41,746 nucleotides of DNA from Candidatus Ruthturnera sp. (GCA_018648985.1 JABGOT010000145.1:1-41746); one strand, 5' to 3'. Numbered from the stretch's first letter, positions 18,715-28,647 are shown. Program-made: numbers and translations. The notes: a model not told the origin generated them from the sequence alone.

Positions 18715-19619
18715 AAGCTGATTTCGAAGAACTCGTTAAATTTCTTTCGTTCTTTTTGAGCCTCGTGTATATCTATTAATTTAAACCTAAGTTTGGTGTT
18801 GGGCTGGCGCTGTGCCAGCTTGGCCAAATCCAATGAAAACACCGTGCCAATTTTTGGATAACCGCCAATACTTGGCGTGTCTTTTAACAAAATAATAGGC
18901 AAACCATCGGTCGCGATCTCCACACTACCATAGCTAATTCCCTCTGATATCATCCGCTCTTTTTTAATGGAAATCGGCGCACCGCTAAGTCGACATCCGG
19001 TTCGGTCATTAGCATTGGTAATAGTGTAATTTTGGTTAAAAAATAAATCTCGTTGATTAATACTAAACTCATTAAATTGATAAGTCGGCAATATTCTTAT
19101 TGTAAGATCTTGATTGTAATTCGGCACATATTTAGGCGGGATAAATCGATAAGTCGCCTCATCAAAACCCTTGCATGGCAACACATCACCTTTAACCAAT
19201 TTAGCACCAATATGCTCACGCAAATTCACTGATCTTGAATCAAACAGTACCGGTGTGTCAAAACCACCTTTAACCGATAAATACGCACGCACACCACTCT
19301 TAGGGATATCCCAGCTGATAATATCACCTTTGTGAATTTGTAAGCCGTGCCATAGTTGCACCGATTGATTGTTAATTTTAAAACCCAGGTCTGCACCCGT
19401 GACAGCGATAAACGTATCTATCTGCGCCTCAAGTACCAACCCACCAAAAGTAATCTCAACCACCGCATCGTTAAAATCATTATGAAGCAGATGGTTGCCC
19501 CAAGTATAAGCGTGCTCATCCATCACCCCTGATTGACTCATACCATGCTCGCCATGGTTGAGGCGCCCGTAGTCTTGTACGGTGGATAAAAAGCTAGATT
19601 TAATGACCTTAAAACTCAC
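18711..19619 (-). CDS. pxpC: 5-oxoprolinase subunit C (PxpC; allophanate hydrolase subunit 2 / KipA family)
   Basis: 302 aa. VQDYGR, DRTGCRL, PSIGGYPKIGTV motifs. 4-nt overlap with pxpB. Confidence 0.88.
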   Translation of the reverse strand: MSFKVIKSSFLSTVQDYGRLNHGEHGMSQSGVMDEHAYTWGNHLLHNDFNDAVVEITFGGLVLEAQIDTFIAVTGADLGFKINNQSVQLWHGLQIHKGDIISWDIPKSGVRAYLSVKGGFDTPVLFDSRSVNLREHIGAKLVKGDVLPCKGFDEATYRFIPPKYVPNYNQDLTIRILPTYQFNEFSINQRDLFFNQNYTITNANDRTGCRLSGAPISIKKERMISEGISYGSVEIATDGLPIILLKDTPSIGGYPKIGTVFSLDLAKLAQRQPNTKLRFKLIDIHEAQKERKKFNEFFEISF

Positions 19620-20299
19620 AGATTGCCGCCATTTTTCAAATACTCATCACGCGTGATTGAGTAAAATTTCACCTTATCGCCAACACGGAATTTATCAATA
19701 TTCTCAGGATTTTCTAAAGACAAATCTAACAATGTCCTCCCTACAATATTCCAACCGCCGGATGAATCAGTAGGGTAGACGGCAGTTTGACTCTCAGCGA
19801 TACCAACACTACCAGCAGGAATTTTAATTCTAGGTGTGGCCAAGCGTGGTGTTTGTATGCGCTTATCTACTTCACCCAAAAAAGCAAACACCGGACTAAA
19901 GCCAATCGCATAAACCAAATATTCTTGTGAGGTATGAATCTCGATAAAGGAGGCTAAATCCAGATTTTTCTCAGATAATAATCGCTCAAGATCTAAACCA
20001 ACCTCTACACCGTAATAAACCGGTATATGGGTTGTTTGAGCTTCTATACCAGCACCACTAGAAGCTTGCTGAGTTAAAAGACCTTCTACTTTATCAAAAA
20101 ACGCCTGAAAACTGATTTTGTTTAAATCATAACTCACATGCAGCGAAGTGTAAGAGGGGATAGCGTCAATAACGACATCACTCAGCGTGTTTTTTAGCTG
20201 ATTTGCAAAATTTCCGATTTTTTTAGGCAGCGAAGCATCGATCTTATCGCCAAAATAAATCAGTATTGCATTTTCACCCGCTGAAACAATATTATGCAT
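19616..20299 (-). CDS. pxpB: 5-oxoprolinase subunit B (PxpB; KipI family)
   Basis: 227 aa. IPVYYG, PAGSVGIAESQTAVYP, SSGGWNIVGRT motifs. Confidence 0.88.
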   Translation of the reverse strand: MHNIVSAGENAILIYFGDKIDASLPKKIGNFANQLKNTLSDVVIDAIPSYTSLHVSYDLNKISFQAFFDKVEGLLTQQASSGAGIEAQTTHIPVYYGVEVGLDLERLLSEKNLDLASFIEIHTSQEYLVYAIGFSPVFAFLGEVDKRIQTPRLATPRIKIPAGSVGIAESQTAVYPTDSSGGWNIVGRTLLDLSLENPENIDKFRVGDKVKFYSITRDEYLKNGGNL

Positions 20300-20978
20300 T
20301 ATTAAGCCGTTTTAACGCCTCTACAGAGGCTAAATTATCACTATGGAAACAAATTGTATCGATTTTAAAAGATTTTTCACTTAAAAAACGCTGATATTGT
20401 TCAATAATGGCGTTTTCATTAGTTAATACTGCACCTTTTTCACCTCTAGAAATCATGTGCGAACCAACATACCCTCTATCTGCAAAAACTTCATGCAAAA
20501 ACAATCCATTTGCATTATTTCCGAAATTTTTAAAATGCTCCTCATTACCCGCCTGAACTACCAAAGCTAAATTCATGTCTAATTTATCAATAACCTGGCA
20601 CATGACTTCTAGCACAGGCTGCTGGTGAGTCATATCGTGATACAACGCGCCATGAGGCTTGATGTATTTAAGGGTTGCACCATTGTCAAGGCAAAGATTT
20701 TGAAAATGATAAACTTGATCATAAATCAATTTGTACAAAGCTTTATCATCTAAATTATGATTTATACGGCCAAAGTTGGTTTTATCTGCATAGCTTGGGT
20801 GTGCACCAATTTTTACATTATTTTTCTTGGCAAGCTTAATAGTTGCAACCATACTTGCATCATCACCTGCATGCCCACCACAGGCAATATTAGCCATATT
20901 AATCAGTGGCATAATTTCATTGTCCGGACTAGGTGTTAGACACTCGCCAAGATCACAATTAATTAGCTTTTTACTCAC
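20292..20978 (-). CDS. pxpA: 5-oxoprolinase subunit A (PxpA; LamB/YcsF family)
   Basis: INCDLGE, NIACGGHAGD, IGAHPSYADKTNFGR, IKPHGALY motifs. Confidence 0.9.
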   Translation of the reverse strand: MSKKLINCDLGECLTPSPDNEIMPLINMANIACGGHAGDDASMVATIKLAKKNNVKIGAHPSYADKTNFGRINHNLDDKALYKLIYDQVYHFQNLCLDNGATLKYIKPHGALYHDMTHQQPVLEVMCQVIDKLDMNLALVVQAGNEEHFKNFGNNANGLFLHEVFADRGYVGSHMISRGEKGAVLTNENAIIEQYQRFLSEKSFKIDTICFHSDNLASVEALKRLNNA

Positions 20979-21032
20979 ACTCGGTTGTATAATGTTTATC
21001 GATAAATTTCGTATTATTATAAGGTTTTATTC

Positions 21033-21686
21033 ATGAATCAAATCAAACAAATGTTCGAGCTGCAACAAAAGCTTAATGATGCTACTAACGGCATTATTTG
21101 GACCGAAGGCGCTACTAAAGATGGTCGCCATATCTCATGGTTTCGTTGTATTTATATGGAAGCTGCAGAGGCGATTGATTCGTTTAACTGGAAACATTGG
21201 AAAAATATTGACGGCCAGCCTGACTTAGATAATGCCAAAGTGGAGTTGGTGGATATTTGGCACTTTATTATGTCTGAGGCAATTCACTTTGGTGATACGC
21301 GTTTTGCTGAGGCGTATGAAAATATGGAACCTGAAAAAGAAATCGACCCAGAGCTGATGGTAGAGATTTTGGAAGAAATGGTGGCGGTTTCTGCTGGCGC
21401 TACTGTCGATGTTGATAAAGCACAAGATGCCTTGTATAAAGTCACCGGTATTTTCTTTAAAGCATTGGCCAATATGAATATGGATGTACCAGAGCTCTAC
21501 AAACGTTATTTGGTTAAAAATCAACTTAACACCTTTAGACAAGATCATGGTTATAAAGAAGGCACTTATGTCAAGATCTGGGATGCAGTTGAAGACAATG
21601 TGGTTGCCTTTAATATCATGGATGAACACCCTGATTTGACCCCTGAGCAATTATATAAAAAGTTAGAGGCGGAGTATAAGCCATAA
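21033..21686 (+). CDS. all-alpha NTP pyrophosphatase, dimeric dUTPase (dUTPase_2)/MazG-like family
   Basis: MFELQQKLND..., EAAEAIDSFNWKHWK, ELVDIWHFIMSEA and C-terminal KNQLNTFRQDHGYKEGTYVKIWD. These resemble the dimeric dUTPase-like family as I recall it. Substrate not inferable. Confidence 0.6.
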   Translation: MNQIKQMFELQQKLNDATNGIIWTEGATKDGRHISWFRCIYMEAAEAIDSFNWKHWKNIDGQPDLDNAKVELVDIWHFIMSEAIHFGDTRFAEAYENMEPEKEIDPELMVEILEEMVAVSAGATVDVDKAQDALYKVTGIFFKALANMNMDVPELYKRYLVKNQLNTFRQDHGYKEGTYVKIWDAVEDNVVAFNIMDEHPDLTPEQLYKKLEAEYKP

Positions 21687-21697
21687 GGCTATAATTC

Positions 21698-22642
21698 TTG
21701 CTTATGATTGATACAATAAAAGCTGAAATTCAAAAAATTATTATCGGTCAAGAGAATTTGGTCGATAACTTATTAATAGGTTTGATCACTGGCGGACATA
21801 TCTTGGTAGAGAGTGTGCCAGGATTAGCAAAAACCACCGCAATTAATACGTTGGCTAAAGCCTTAGGCATTGATTTTAAACGGATTCAATTTACCCCTGA
21901 TTTGTTACCCAGTGATTTAACTGGCTCACAAATCTACAACCCAAAAAGTGGCGAATTTAGTATTAAACAAGGGCCGATTTTTACCAACTTATTATTAGCA
22001 GACGAGATTAACCGTTCACCTGCGAAGGTGCAATCAGCGTTACTTGAAGTGATGGCTGAGAAGCAAGTAACCATTGCTAACGAAAGTTTTAAAATCGATG
22101 GGCCTTTTTTGGTGATGGCGACACAAAACCCAGTAGAGCAAGAAGGAACCTATCAATTACCAGAAGCGCAACTTGATCGCTTTATGCTAAAAACCGTACT
22201 GGATTACAACACCATTGATGAAGAGTTAGAAGTGGTTAACAGAGTCGCTGTTAGTGGGTTTGACACCGTGAATCAAGTGGCTAATATGGATGATATAGAA
22301 GCGCTTCGCTCTAATTTCAAACAGGTTCACATGGATGAAGCTGTTAAGCAATACATACTCAAAATTATTTTTGCGACACGCTATCCACAAAAATATGGTT
22401 TAAGTGAAATACAAGATTTGATTGACTTTGGCGCTAGCCCCAGAGGTAGTATCGATTTATTTAAAGCCAGCTGCGCCAAGGCACTGATACGAGGCAATGA
22501 TTTTGCAACGCCGCTTGATGTTGCTAGCGTGGTGACAGAGGTCTTACAACATCGTATTGTGCTCAGCTATCAAGCGCAGGCAGATAATATTAGCGCACAA
22601 TCAGTTATCCAAAAAATACTCAAGGTGATAAAAGCACCGTAA
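21698..22642 (+). CDS. moxR: MoxR-family AAA+ ATPase (first gene of Bat-type module)
   Basis: IIGQENLV, VESVPGLAKTT (Walker A), LLADEINRSPAKVQSALLEVM (Walker B), VMATQNPVEQEGTYQLPEAQLDRF. Track start is TTG 21698; ATG at 21704 is more likely. Confidence 0.92.
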   Translation: MLMIDTIKAEIQKIIIGQENLVDNLLIGLITGGHILVESVPGLAKTTAINTLAKALGIDFKRIQFTPDLLPSDLTGSQIYNPKSGEFSIKQGPIFTNLLLADEINRSPAKVQSALLEVMAEKQVTIANESFKIDGPFLVMATQNPVEQEGTYQLPEAQLDRFMLKTVLDYNTIDEELEVVNRVAVSGFDTVNQVANMDDIEALRSNFKQVHMDEAVKQYILKIIFATRYPQKYGLSEIQDLIDFGASPRGSIDLFKASCAKALIRGNDFATPLDVASVVTEVLQHRIVLSYQAQADNISAQSVIQKILKVIKAP

Positions 22643-22650
22643 ACATCGCC

Positions 22651-23463
22651 ATGCTAGCTCAAGAGATACTACTACGCGCTAAGAAGAATGTTTTCACCAA
22701 CAAATCGGCCGGGGAATTATCAAAAATACGTGGAGAGGGGTTAGATTTTTGTGAGATTCGCCCGTACGAGCCAGGTGATGATATTCGTAAAATTAACTTC
22801 ACTGCCAGTGGTAAAACCGGTGAGTTACAAACCAATATCTTTAACGAAAATAAGCAAATCAATGTAGTGATTTGTATTATGTTGTCAAGCAGTTTGCACT
22901 TTGGTAGTCAGTGTTTAAAGAGTGAAACAATCGCTCAAATTATTGCTTTATTGGGCTGCTCATCCATCAAGCAACACAATCAAACACAGTTGGTGTTCTT
23001 TTCAAAAAATGAACAACAGCTGTTTCGTTTTAATAATACGAGTGACGTGCTTCATGCGATTGAAGCCATACTATCGTGGGATTTGTTAAAAACAAAGCCT
23101 GACTTTCAAGCGCTTAATGATTACCTACTACAACAGCAAAAATCACTGGTATTTGTTATTGGTGATTTTTATCAACAGGATGATTACTCGCTGATTGCTC
23201 ACAAGAATCAAATGAACGCCTTGGTGGTGCGAGACAGACTAGAAGAAATGCCAAATTTTGCTACAGAGTTAGATCTGGTCAATGCAGAAGACGGCAATAC
23301 CACTGAAGCCAGTATGAATAAAAAATTAGCGACAAAGTACCAAACAAAGCTAAACGCTCAGGACGACAAGCTGTTTTCTCATTTTGCCAAGCATGGTATC
23401 AATGTTGGCAAACTTTACACCAGTGATGATGCCTTTATCAAGTTGTCTCAAATCCTACGCTGA
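22651..23463 (+). CDS. DUF58 domain protein (MoxR-associated, degenerate VWA-like)
   Basis: IRGEGLDFCEIRPYEPGDDIRKINFTASGKTGELQTNIF is the DUF58 signature. Standard position after moxR. Confidence 0.85.
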   Translation: MLAQEILLRAKKNVFTNKSAGELSKIRGEGLDFCEIRPYEPGDDIRKINFTASGKTGELQTNIFNENKQINVVICIMLSSSLHFGSQCLKSETIAQIIALLGCSSIKQHNQTQLVFFSKNEQQLFRFNNTSDVLHAIEAILSWDLLKTKPDFQALNDYLLQQQKSLVFVIGDFYQQDDYSLIAHKNQMNALVVRDRLEEMPNFATELDLVNAEDGNTTEASMNKKLATKYQTKLNAQDDKLFSHFAKHGINVGKLYTSDDAFIKLSQILR

Positions 23464-23819
23464 TGAGTAATTTAAAAGACATTAAGCCCATTGTTAGCAT
23501 TGCAGATGATTCGTTGAGTTATTTGCTTATGGTTATTGCTGTTTTATTAATAGCTGTCTTTTTTATAAGGAAAATTATTAAATCTAGGAAAAAGAATGAC
23601 AAGCAAGTGGCTATTGAGAAGCTGCAAAAACTTGATTTTTCTGAGAGTAAATCGGTTGCTTATGGTTTTAAAAAATATGCAGAGGTATTATGCAATAGTG
23701 ATAACAAGGCTCAATTTAAACAAATAAATAATGACTTAGAAAAATATAAATACAAGAAGTATGTAGATGATCTAGACCCAATATTGATACAACAAATCAA
23801 GAGCTTTATTCATGTTTAG
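23463..23819 (+). CDS. small single-pass membrane protein (DUF4381-like slot of Bat operons)
   Basis: 118 aa with one TM (LSYLLMVIAVLLIAVFFI) followed by a basic stretch. ATG overlaps DUF58 stop (TGATG). Assignment by position only. Confidence 0.5.
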   Translation: MSNLKDIKPIVSIADDSLSYLLMVIAVLLIAVFFIRKIIKSRKKNDKQVAIEKLQKLDFSESKSVAYGFKKYAEVLCNSDNKAQFKQINNDLEKYKYKKYVDDLDPILIQQIKSFIHV

Positions 23820-24705
23820 CTTTGAATACCCTTATGTTTTATTGCTGCTTGTCTTGGTGGTGGTGTGTATTGTGTTTTGCAAAGAGAAAAAGCGTGCCAT
23901 TTATTTCCCCCACACTGAATTATTAACCAGTCTAGTAAAATCTAAACAAATACTGCTTAATACGCTTAGAGTGCTTATTCTTGGCCTATTAGTTGTTGGG
24001 CTTTCAAGCCCAATCAAAACCGAACAAATCATATTAGACAACACTAAGGGTTATGAAATTTCCCTAATTTTAGATGCCTCTGGCTCAATGAAGCGTTTTG
24101 ATAAATTTAAAATTGTTAAAGAAATCATGGTTGATTTTATCTCAAAGCGCAAAACTGATAAATTGGCGCTGAGTGTTTTTGCAGATTTTGCCTATACGGT
24201 TGTGCCCCTTACCTATGACAAGAAAAGTGTTATTAAAATGCTAGATAATATCGAAATTGGTGTTGCCGGCAGGCGGAAAACTGCGCTGTATGAGGCTTTA
24301 TTTTTAAGCTCGAAACTGTTTAATAATTCTAAGTCAAAAGAAAGGATTGCTATTTTACTCACTGATGGCAAAGACAATACTAACAGCGTGCCACTTGATA
24401 TGGCGCTTGAGCGCGCCAAAGATAACAAAATTAAAGTTTACACCGTTGCTGTAGGCGATAAAAGAGACTACAACGCACAGGTATTAAAATACATTGCAAA
24501 TAGCACAGGCGCTAAATTCTTCTCGGCCAATAGTCGTGAAAGTATTCAAAATATTTATAAGCAAATTAATCAGTTAGAAAAAAGCAAAATAAATATTAGC
24601 AAATACGATAAAAAAACTTACTATTTTCATTACCCACTAGGCCTAGCATTAGTGCTTTTATTGATTTATTTTTGGCGGAAAAACACATGGGTTTTGAACA
24701 AGTAG
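23812..24705 (+). CDS. batA: VWA domain membrane protein BatA
   Basis: Two N-terminal TM segments. MIDAS DASGSM, LLTDGKDN, VYTVAVG. C-terminal TM. Confidence 0.85.
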   Translation: MFSFEYPYVLLLLVLVVVCIVFCKEKKRAIYFPHTELLTSLVKSKQILLNTLRVLILGLLVVGLSSPIKTEQIILDNTKGYEISLILDASGSMKRFDKFKIVKEIMVDFISKRKTDKLALSVFADFAYTVVPLTYDKKSVIKMLDNIEIGVAGRRKTALYEALFLSSKLFNNSKSKERIAILLTDGKDNTNSVPLDMALERAKDNKIKVYTVAVGDKRDYNAQVLKYIANSTGAKFFSANSRESIQNIYKQINQLEKSKINISKYDKKTYYFHYPLGLALVLLLIYFWRKNTWVLNK

Positions 24706-25637
24706 AACTACTCTATCTAACCATTCCAGTGGTTTTGCTGTGGTTTTTTATTCACAGTAAGAATAATAGCATTGAAGCTTTATTTTCAGCTGAAGTGTTG
24801 GAAAAAATCAGCCTCAATAACCACAAGATATCAACCAAAATACGCCTTAGATTACTGCTATTAAGCATGATATTGATTCTAATTGCACTCAGCAAACCAA
24901 CACTTGAAAGTGGTGAAATAAAGGTAAATAAACGTCTAAGTGATTTGGTGGTGGCGATTGATATGTCAAAATCAATGCTGGCTAATGATATCTACCCTAA
25001 TCGGTTTGAGTTTGCAAAAAACAAACTACTGAATAGTTTTGATGGCATTAAAAACACACGCATTGCAATTTTAGGATTTGCCAATCAAGCCTTTTTAATT
25101 TCCCCCTTAACAGATGATTTAAGCAGCCTTAAATTCTTAATAAAAAATCTTTACTTAGACAGTATCAGTCTAACAGGTACCAACATACTTAATATTCTAC
25201 AATCATCCAACGATCTGTTTGGTGGCGCTTTAAACAAGCAGGTATTATTGTTAACCGATGGTGGTGACAACGACAACTTTGATAAAGAAATTGATTATGC
25301 AAACGAACACAATATTCAGGTTTTTATATTTGATATTACCAGTGAGCGGGGCAGTAGTATTCAAACCGAAGAGGGTGCTTTGGAAGATGCGTATGGAAAC
25401 CTTGTGATTGTTAGAGAAAATCTAAATATTAAGAATCTAGCCAATCAAACGCAAGGGAAGTATCTGAAGTACTCATTAAATAACGATGATTTATCAAAAT
25501 TCATTAATACCTTTAAAAGACTTAGTAGCAGCAAGAACATTAGTATTACTCAAAAACAACAACTGTTTTATTACCCATTGATATTGGCTTTGATCTTGTT
25601 GTTTTCTGCATTTTTCTCATTACCAAAAAAATCATGA
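24672..25637 (+). CDS. batB: VWA domain membrane protein BatB
   Basis: N-terminal TMs. MIDAS AIDMSKSM, LLTDGGDN, VFIFDI. C-terminal TM. Track start is a TTG; ATG at 24687 is the alternative. Confidence 0.85.
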   Translation: MAEKHMGFEQVELLYLTIPVVLLWFFIHSKNNSIEALFSAEVLEKISLNNHKISTKIRLRLLLLSMILILIALSKPTLESGEIKVNKRLSDLVVAIDMSKSMLANDIYPNRFEFAKNKLLNSFDGIKNTRIAILGFANQAFLISPLTDDLSSLKFLIKNLYLDSISLTGTNILNILQSSNDLFGGALNKQVLLLTDGGDNDNFDKEIDYANEHNIQVFIFDITSERGSSIQTEEGALEDAYGNLVIVRENLNIKNLANQTQGKYLKYSLNNDDLSKFINTFKRLSSSKNISITQKQQLFYYPLILALILLFSAFFSLPKKS

Positions 25638-26227
25638 GATTTATTTTCCTATTACTGCTGTCAATAAACACACAAGCAGGGTTGTTTGACTTTGTTAGTA
25701 TTCATCAGGCTAATAAAGCTTATGAAAACAAGGATTACCAGCTAGCTGCAGAAAAGTTTGATAATATTAACAATGATGCTGCACGTTTAAACCAGGCAAA
25801 CAGCTTATATAAGCAAGGTTTGTATAAGCAAGCATTGAAAAAATACCAAAGTGTTAAGCGAGAAGACTTAGCCTTTGACCGTTTGTATAATTCTGGTAAT
25901 GCCTATGCTAAATCGGGCAAAATTAACGAAGCAATTGACAGCTATGAGAAAGCACTAAAATTACAAAAAGACAAAGATGCGTTGTTTAACCTAGAGCTAC
26001 TCAAGAAGCAAAAAAGACGGAAAATATCAGACACAAAACAGAAAAATAAAAAACACAGAAAACAAAAAAATAAGAAAAAGAAAAAATCTAAAAGCAAGCA
26101 ACAGCAAAAAGAAAAGCTCAACAAAATTAAACAGCAACGATGGGAAAAAGCGCTTAATAAAAAACTTAGAACCTTAATGATTCCACTGACTAAACCGCAA
26201 AATGATAATGAACAAAATCCTTGGTAA
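25634..26227 (+). CDS. batC: TPR-repeat protein BatC with Lys-rich C-terminal tail
   Basis: Signal/anchor MRFIFLLLLSINTQA. TPR-like repeats (ANKAYENKDYQLAAEKF, ANSLYKQGLYKQALKKY, GNAYAKSGKINEAIDSYEKALKL). ATGA overlap with batB. Confidence 0.7.
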   Translation: MRFIFLLLLSINTQAGLFDFVSIHQANKAYENKDYQLAAEKFDNINNDAARLNQANSLYKQGLYKQALKKYQSVKREDLAFDRLYNSGNAYAKSGKINEAIDSYEKALKLQKDKDALFNLELLKKQKRRKISDTKQKNKKHRKQKNKKKKKSKSKQQQKEKLNKIKQQRWEKALNKKLRTLMIPLTKPQNDNEQNPW

Positions 26228-27629
26228 TTTACTCTTTTTAATGAGTGCACCAATTTTTGCACTGAGCACGGCAAGTGTTAATCAAACTTGGTTTTATCCG
26301 GGCGATCAAATCATCCTAACGTTGAGCTCTGATGGTGATAAAGTTAGTTTTCCTTCTCTAAATAATATTTCAGGGAGCCCTGTTTTATATACCAGTAATT
26401 CGCAGAAAATTAGCATTGTTAATAACAAGCGCTCTAAACAAAGTAGTAAGTCGTATATTTTCAAACCCGCTAAAAGCTTAAGCATTCCAGCTTACACGCT
26501 GATGGTGGATGGAGATAAGCAAAGCACTCGAGCAATTGAAATAATGCTAAAAAAGCCATCGCAAGCTAAGGCAGGTGATGACTATATTTTACAAATGAAA
26601 GCTGATAAACAAACATTTTTCTTGGGTGATGAAATCAATCTAAAAGTAATCTTTAAAGAAAAAAAATCACTCACATCCAATAGTCCGGTTAGCATCGCCA
26701 TGCCAGAGGTGAAAGATTTGTTGTTTATAAAAAATCAAAAATCCACTCAAAGCACTGATGACAATTACAACATTCACACACTTAGCTACCGACTGAGTGC
26801 TGATAATTTTGGCACGTTTAACATCCCAAGTGCAGTGGCTAGTATTGGTAATCAAAATAATAATATATTTGGTGATTTTTCGACTACTAAAATAAAAAAA
26901 ATCCACTCAAACCCATTAACATTAACCGTCAAACCTTTGCCAGATGCATTAAGGGTTTTTGGTGATTTCAATATTAAAGCCAGCATTGACAAAACCCAAG
27001 CCACACAAGGAAAGGCCGTTAATTTGACGGTTGCGATTCATGGCAAGGGCAATTTTGAAGACATCCAGAAGTTTAGCCTTGATATTGAAGGGACTACCAT
27101 TTACAGCGATGAGGCCGAGTTTAGCTACAATCAATGGCAGCAAAAATTCGCCATTGTTGGTGGGCAGGATTTTGTGATACCCAGTTTTGAGTTTAACTAC
27201 TTTGACAAAATAACCCAAAGTAAAAAACGCATTGCAACCAAGCCGATTAGTATTCAAATTAAAAGTGAAAAAGGCGTGCAAAAGTTAATCAAAAAAATAG
27301 ATAAAAAGCCGTCAAACATTAATGATAATGCGCCAACTAACAATTTAAAATACTACTACCTATTGCTAGGCATTGCCATTGGCACTTTCATCAGTATTTT
27401 GTTTGTTGTACTTAAAAATAAACAACCAAGTAAAGACAGAAGTTTAGTTAACCAAATCAAACTTGCTAGGGGTGATAAGGCTTTGTTTGATTTGTTATTA
27501 CCACTTAATATGCTTAGTTTGGAAACCGTATTGCAACAATTAGAGGCTAATATTTATAAAAATGCCCAACATAAAATTAGAAAAAAGGACATTATTAATG
27601 CCATCAAATTTGAACATAAAATTAACTGA
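26202..27629 (+). CDS. batD: BatD (oxygen-tolerance family) protein
   Basis: 475 aa. Signal peptide, long beta-rich periplasmic region, single C-terminal TM ([21 protein letters not shown]) and cytoplasmic tail. Follows batC. Confidence 0.7.
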   Translation: MIMNKILGNLLFLMSAPIFALSTASVNQTWFYPGDQIILTLSSDGDKVSFPSLNNISGSPVLYTSNSQKISIVNNKRSKQSSKSYIFKPAKSLSIPAYTLMVDGDKQSTRAIEIMLKKPSQAKAGDDYILQMKADKQTFFLGDEINLKVIFKEKKSLTSNSPVSIAMPEVKDLLFIKNQKSTQSTDDNYNIHTLSYRLSADNFGTFNIPSAVASIGNQNNNIFGDFSTTKIKKIHSNPLTLTVKPLPDALRVFGDFNIKASIDKTQATQGKAVNLTVAIHGKGNFEDIQKFSLDIEGTTIYSDEAEFSYNQWQQKFAIVGGQDFVIPSFEFNYFDKITQSKKRIATKPISIQIKSEKGVQKLIKKIDKKPSNINDNAPTNNLKYYYLLLGIAIGTFISILFVVLKNKQPSKDRSLVNQIKLARGDKALFDLLLPLNMLSLETVLQQLEANIYKNAQHKIRKKDIINAIKFEHKIN

Positions 27630-28647
27630 ATACAGCCATGGTCAAGGCTGTGGTTGTAAGATTTCACCTAAAGTATTAGATACAATTTTAGAGTCATCTT
27701 TAGATGAATTTATAGACCCTAATCTACTGGTTGGCAATGCCTCGCGTGATGATGCCGCTGTGTATGATCTGGGCAATGGTGAGGCGGTAATTAGCACCAC
27801 TGATTTCTTTATGCCGATTGTGGATGACCCATTTACCTTTGGACGTATTGCTGCCACCAATGCGATTAGTGATATTTACGCGATGGGTGGCTCACCGATT
27901 ATGGCAATTGCTATCTTTGGCTGGCCATTAGACAAGCTACCACCTGAAGTTGGTCAACAAGTGATTGAAGGTGGACGTAGTGTGTGTGCTGATGCAGGCA
28001 TATCCTTAGCAGGTGGGCATAGTATTGATGCACCAGAGCCAATCTTTGGTTTGGCTGTAACTGGTCGCGTGGCTATCAAACATCTTAAGGAAAATTCAAA
28101 AGCGCAAGTAGGGGATAAGATTTACCTAACCAAACCTCTGGGCATTGGCATACTAACCACAGCGCAAAAGCAAAAGAAAATCACCAAAGAAGATGAGACC
28201 CGTGCGATTGATACCATGTGTCAGCTGAATGATATCGGCTCTAAGCTAGCGAAGATTGACGGTATTAACGCGATTACCGATGTTACTGGCTTTGGCTTAG
28301 GTGGGCATTTATCTGAAGTCTGTTTAGGCTCAGATGTAGCCGCTGTGATTGATTACAATAAAGTACCAACACTGCCCAATATTAAAGATTATTTGGCTAA
28401 TGGCTGCTCGCCTGGCGGTGCACAGCGTAACTTTGACAGCTATGGACACAACCTTAGCAAAATGGAAGCCGAGGTGCAATCTATTATTTGTGACCCACAA
28501 ACCAGTGGTGGATTACTAATTATGGTGTCAAGCGCTGCGAAAAATGAATTTGATCAAATGATGACAGATGCAGGGTTTGAGTTAGAAGCTATTGGCGAGA
28601 TTGTTAAGCCTAACAGTCAATCAGCATTAGTGCAAATCAATGTCTAG
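27598..28647 (+). CDS. selD: selenide, water dikinase (selenophosphate synthetase), Cys-type
   Basis: [20 protein letters not shown]-terminal glycine-rich loop (Cys, no TGA), then DDAAVY and TTDFF. I prefer ATG 27598 (MPSNLN...); the track ORF starts at 27562. Either start overlaps the batD 3' end. Confidence 0.93.
   Translation: MPSNLNIKLTEYSHGQGCGCKISPKVLDTILESSLDEFIDPNLLVGNASRDDAAVYDLGNGEAVISTTDFFMPIVDDPFTFGRIAATNAISDIYAMGGSPIMAIAIFGWPLDKLPPEVGQQVIEGGRSVCADAGISLAGGHSIDAPEPIFGLAVTGRVAIKHLKENSKAQVGDKIYLTKPLGIGILTTAQKQKKITKEDETRAIDTMCQLNDIGSKLAKIDGINAITDVTGFGLGGHLSEVCLGSDVAAVIDYNKVPTLPNIKDYLANGCSPGGAQRNFDSYGHNLSKMEAEVQSIICDPQTSGGLLIMVSSAAKNEFDQMMTDAGFELEAIGEIVKPNSQSALVQINV

Noticed and set aside
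20986-20993. TGTATAAT as promoter -10 for the dUTPase-like/MoxR operon
   Set aside because: Not listed as a feature. I found no convincing -35 at 16-18 nt spacing, and TATAAT-like strings are frequent in this AT-rich DNA. It is mentioned only as a hint in the findings.
21225-21650. 141-aa antisense ORF within the dUTPase-like gene, plus the 62-aa ORF at 21284-21472
   Set aside because: No motifs. They fully overlap a sense ORF with family-like motifs and operon context.
25942-26274. 110-aa antisense ORF opposite the batC tail
   Set aside because: The F/L/C-rich translation is simply the complement of the A-rich Lys-coding tract.
26738-26911. 15-nt exact direct repeat AAAAATCCACTCAAA at 26738-26752 and 26897-26911 inside batD
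   Set aside because: The copies are read in different frames (KSTQ versus KIHS). In 42 kb of AT-rich sequence about one such 15-mer coincidence is expected by chance.
27640-27665. Possible selenocysteine recoding in selD
   Set aside because: The active-site loop is encoded as GGC TGT GGT TGT AAG (G-C-G-C-K) with no in-frame TGA. No SECIS-like need, and no selA/selB/selC in the window.
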